The notes beneath the pieces are model-generated. The model had not been told where the DNA came from. It saw nothing but the letters and a program-made list of their open reading frames with translations, and searched no databases. The position numbers and the translations under genes are program-made. Shown piece after piece: positions 61,942 through 64,000 of a DNA stretch of 64,000 nt (positions within the stretch are counted from its first letter, which is position 1; every line of letters starts with the position of its first letter). The stretch covers positions 1 through 64,000 of IMG/VR virus record IMGVR_UViG_3300032334_001433; one strand, written 5' to 3'. This DNA comes from a virus. Its lineage: Duplodnaviria > Caudoviricetes.

Positions 61942-63238
61942 TTCGCTTGCAGCAGACAATTCTCGTCTGGCTAAAGAAGCAATTCTAACTTGGAACAAGG
62001 ATAATAAAGATCTTCAACGAGCAATTAAACTTGCGCTTGATCCTTTGATTAGTTTTTACATTCGCAAGATTCCATCCTATACTGCAAAAGGCAAAAAAAC
62101 TTTGTCTTGGGCAATGGATCAAATTGAGAATGAACTGGCTACTCGTAATGTTACTGGCCATGCCGGTATTGACCTATTGACTAATGTATTGGAATCATTA
62201 AATGAAGCAAACGCCAGCGTTATTGAAAAAATCATCAAGAAAGATCTTCGATGCGGAGTATCTGAGGCAACAGCAAATAAAATCTGGCCAAAGCTTGTCT
62301 CAACCTATCCGGTTATGTTGGCTTCTGGATTCGAGCAAAAACTTGTCGACAAAATTAAATTCCCTGCGTACTGTCAGTTAAAATTGGATGGTATGCGTTT
62401 TAACGCAATTGTGCGTAACGGCACAGTAGAATATAGGAGCCGAAATGGCCGAGAACTTTCTATTCCGAGTAAGTTGTTTAGTGACGCAATACTCAAACTT
62501 GCTAGTTATTATGGTTCCGATTATGTGTTTGATGGCGAACTACTTGTTGTAGATTCTGCAGGTAAACCGTTAGATCGTAAAACAGGCAACGGTATTCTTA
62601 GCAAAGCTGTTAAGGGTACTATGTCTGATAAAGAAGCGACAATGGTTCGTGTAACATTATGGGATGCAATTCCTTTTACTGCCTTTCAAATAGGCAAATA
62701 TACTACACCGTATAACGATCGCTTTATGGAATTGATACAAAATATTGATTTCCTTAAAGGTGCATCTGCAATAGGACATCTTGTAGATATTGTGTGGACT
62801 AAGGAAGTTAATAATCAGTATGATGCACAAAAGATTTTTGAGAAGTTTCTTGCTGAAGGTCAAGAAGGAACTATCCTAAAATCCAAGACAAATATCTGGG
62901 AAGACAAACGTTCTAAAGAACAGATCAAGTTTAAAGGCGAACTCGATTGCGATCTTAAAGTTGTTGATTGGGTTGAAGGTACAGGTAAAAATGTAGGTCG
63001 TCTCGGAGCACTTGTATGTGAATCCGAAGATGGCAAAATTCAAGTGAATGTTGGATCAGGATTTACTGATGATGAGCGAGATTCAATTGGTAAAGATGTT
63101 ATTGGTAAAATTGTGTCAGTAAAATATAATGCTCGTATTAAGGATCGTGGCGATAATGTTGAACGATTGTTCTTGCCAATTTTTATTGAGCTTCGTTTAG
63201 ATAAAACAAAAGCAGATATGGAAAATAAAATCAAATGA
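61916..63238 (+). CDS. gp30: ATP-dependent DNA ligase
   Basis: KLDGMR, VFDGEL, WDAI, EGTILK, K.K, VGSGF, LFLPIF; start at ATG 61916. Confidence 0.95.
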   Translation: MTTISNIFDSLAADNSRLAKEAILTWNKDNKDLQRAIKLALDPLISFYIRKIPSYTAKGKKTLSWAMDQIENELATRNVTGHAGIDLLTNVLESLNEANASVIEKIIKKDLRCGVSEATANKIWPKLVSTYPVMLASGFEQKLVDKIKFPAYCQLKLDGMRFNAIVRNGTVEYRSRNGRELSIPSKLFSDAILKLASYYGSDYVFDGELLVVDSAGKPLDRKTGNGILSKAVKGTMSDKEATMVRVTLWDAIPFTAFQIGKYTTPYNDRFMELIQNIDFLKGASAIGHLVDIVWTKEVNNQYDAQKIFEKFLAEGQEGTILKSKTNIWEDKRSKEQIKFKGELDCDLKVVDWVEGTGKNVGRLGALVCESEDGKIQVNVGSGFTDDERDSIGKDVIGKIVSVKYNARIKDRGDNVERLFLPIFIELRLDKTKADMENKIK

Positions 63239-63405
63239 AAAAATGGTCTGTTAAAATAGAAGAAGATCCTGAAACAGGAGAAGCTATACTAAACTTTCCT
63301 TTTGATTTTTTAGAAGAAACAGGTTGGAAAGAAGGCGATACTCTTATATGGGAAGATCTTAAAGATGGCACTTGGGCTTTAAGTAAAAAAGGTGATAAAA
63401 ATTAA
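63235..63405 (+). CDS. AbrB/MazE-like small DNA-binding protein (not in track)
   Basis: IEED.ETGE.IL.FP.DFLE..GW.EGD.L.W...DG.W.L.K. Confidence 0.7.
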   Translation: MKKWSVKIEEDPETGEAILNFPFDFLEETGWKEGDTLIWEDLKDGTWALSKKGDKN

Positions 63406-63949
63406 TATCTTTTATCTACATAATGACACTATTGAATGTGCAAAACTACATACCGACAAGCATGTCGTAAAAATGATTCTTGAATATGCCCAGCTTCTTT
63501 CTACTGCCCATCGTTTTCTCGATGGTATTCTTTATGTGGGTCGTTCAGCATCTGGACGAAAGAAAACTTCATATATTCTTATGGATCAGCGTGATTCTGT
63601 TCTTTATGCTTCTACTCATATCAATCATCCTTCAGCTATTTGGGTAAGAAAGTCAAAAGAAAATTATATTTGGCTATCTAATATGTTAGTTGCACTATGT
63701 GGGGAATATACATATAGATATGGGAAGACACATAAAGTAGAACGAGACGGACTTTGCTTTGTTTTGCTGAAAAATATTCCAAAAAATATTGGTAATCAGG
63801 GCTGGTCAGAACCTACTCCTGCAATGCCTGATACATATAAAGTGGATGCAAATTCCATTAAATCATATATAAATTATTACGTAGGTGCAAAGCAACATCT
63901 TGCATCATGGAAAAAACGAGAAAAACCTGATTGGTACATTTATGCCTAG
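63392..63949 (+). CDS. denV: pyrimidine dimer DNA glycosylase (DenV family-like)
   Basis: NIFYL...A..H.DKHVVKMILEYAQLLSTAH, H.NHP...W, PAMPD, Y..YY...K..A.W..R..P.W. Confidence 0.75.
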   Translation: MIKINIFYLHNDTIECAKLHTDKHVVKMILEYAQLLSTAHRFLDGILYVGRSASGRKKTSYILMDQRDSVLYASTHINHPSAIWVRKSKENYIWLSNMLVALCGEYTYRYGKTHKVERDGLCFVLLKNIPKNIGNQGWSEPTPAMPDTYKVDANSIKSYINYYVGAKQHLASWKKREKPDWYIYA

Positions 63950-64000
63950 TTATACTTTAAAATGTTTAGATTGTGAAACTGTTTTTGATGTTTTATGTTC
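63942..64000 (+). CDS. FmdB-like zinc ribbon protein, 5' end only
   Basis: MPSYTLKCLDCETVFD (MP.Y...C..C...F). Confidence 0.65.
   Translation, partial: MPSYTLKCLDCETVFDVLC

Noticed and set aside
44409-63234. Opposite-strand track ORFs overlapping assigned genes (e.g. 50030, 53533, 54020, 54301, 56736)
   Set aside because: Antisense to genes with promoters, SDs and recognisable motifs; no independent support
1-64000. Stop-codon reassignment
   Set aside because: Core genes are full length in the standard code and TAA, TAG and TGA all terminate genes

Overview
64-kb fragment of a large, AT-rich, T4-like dsDNA phage genome (primase gp61, RNase H, T4 DsbA-like, ATP-dependent ligase, NrdA/NrdB, dCMP deaminase, TATAAATA late promoters). 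Spanins and sigma70 promoters point to a Gram-negative host (inference). Three zones: (1) 1-29.9 kb, late structural cluster with at least 16 paralogous polyglycine genes (about 19 domains), two multi-LamG lectin genes and a 2099-aa repeat fibre; most head proteins share a short N-terminal peptide that resembles the fibre repeat, suggesting a modular plug-in adhesin repertoire; (2) 29.9-42.2 kb, primase, nucleotide metabolism, a spanin pair whose i-spanin carries an SH3b domain, and a small late operon; (3) 42.2-64 kb, many small early genes driven by at least 13 near-consensus sigma70 promoters in repeated stem-loop cassettes, an origin-like non-coding zone with tandem DnaA boxes, a stand-alone HemA dimerisation-domain-like gene, an ArfA-like leaderless mini-gene and the rnh/dsbA/ligase/denV block. 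No tRNA, rRNA, CRISPR array, reverse transcriptase, integrase or transposase was recognised. All family calls are by-eye motif recognition; no searches were run.
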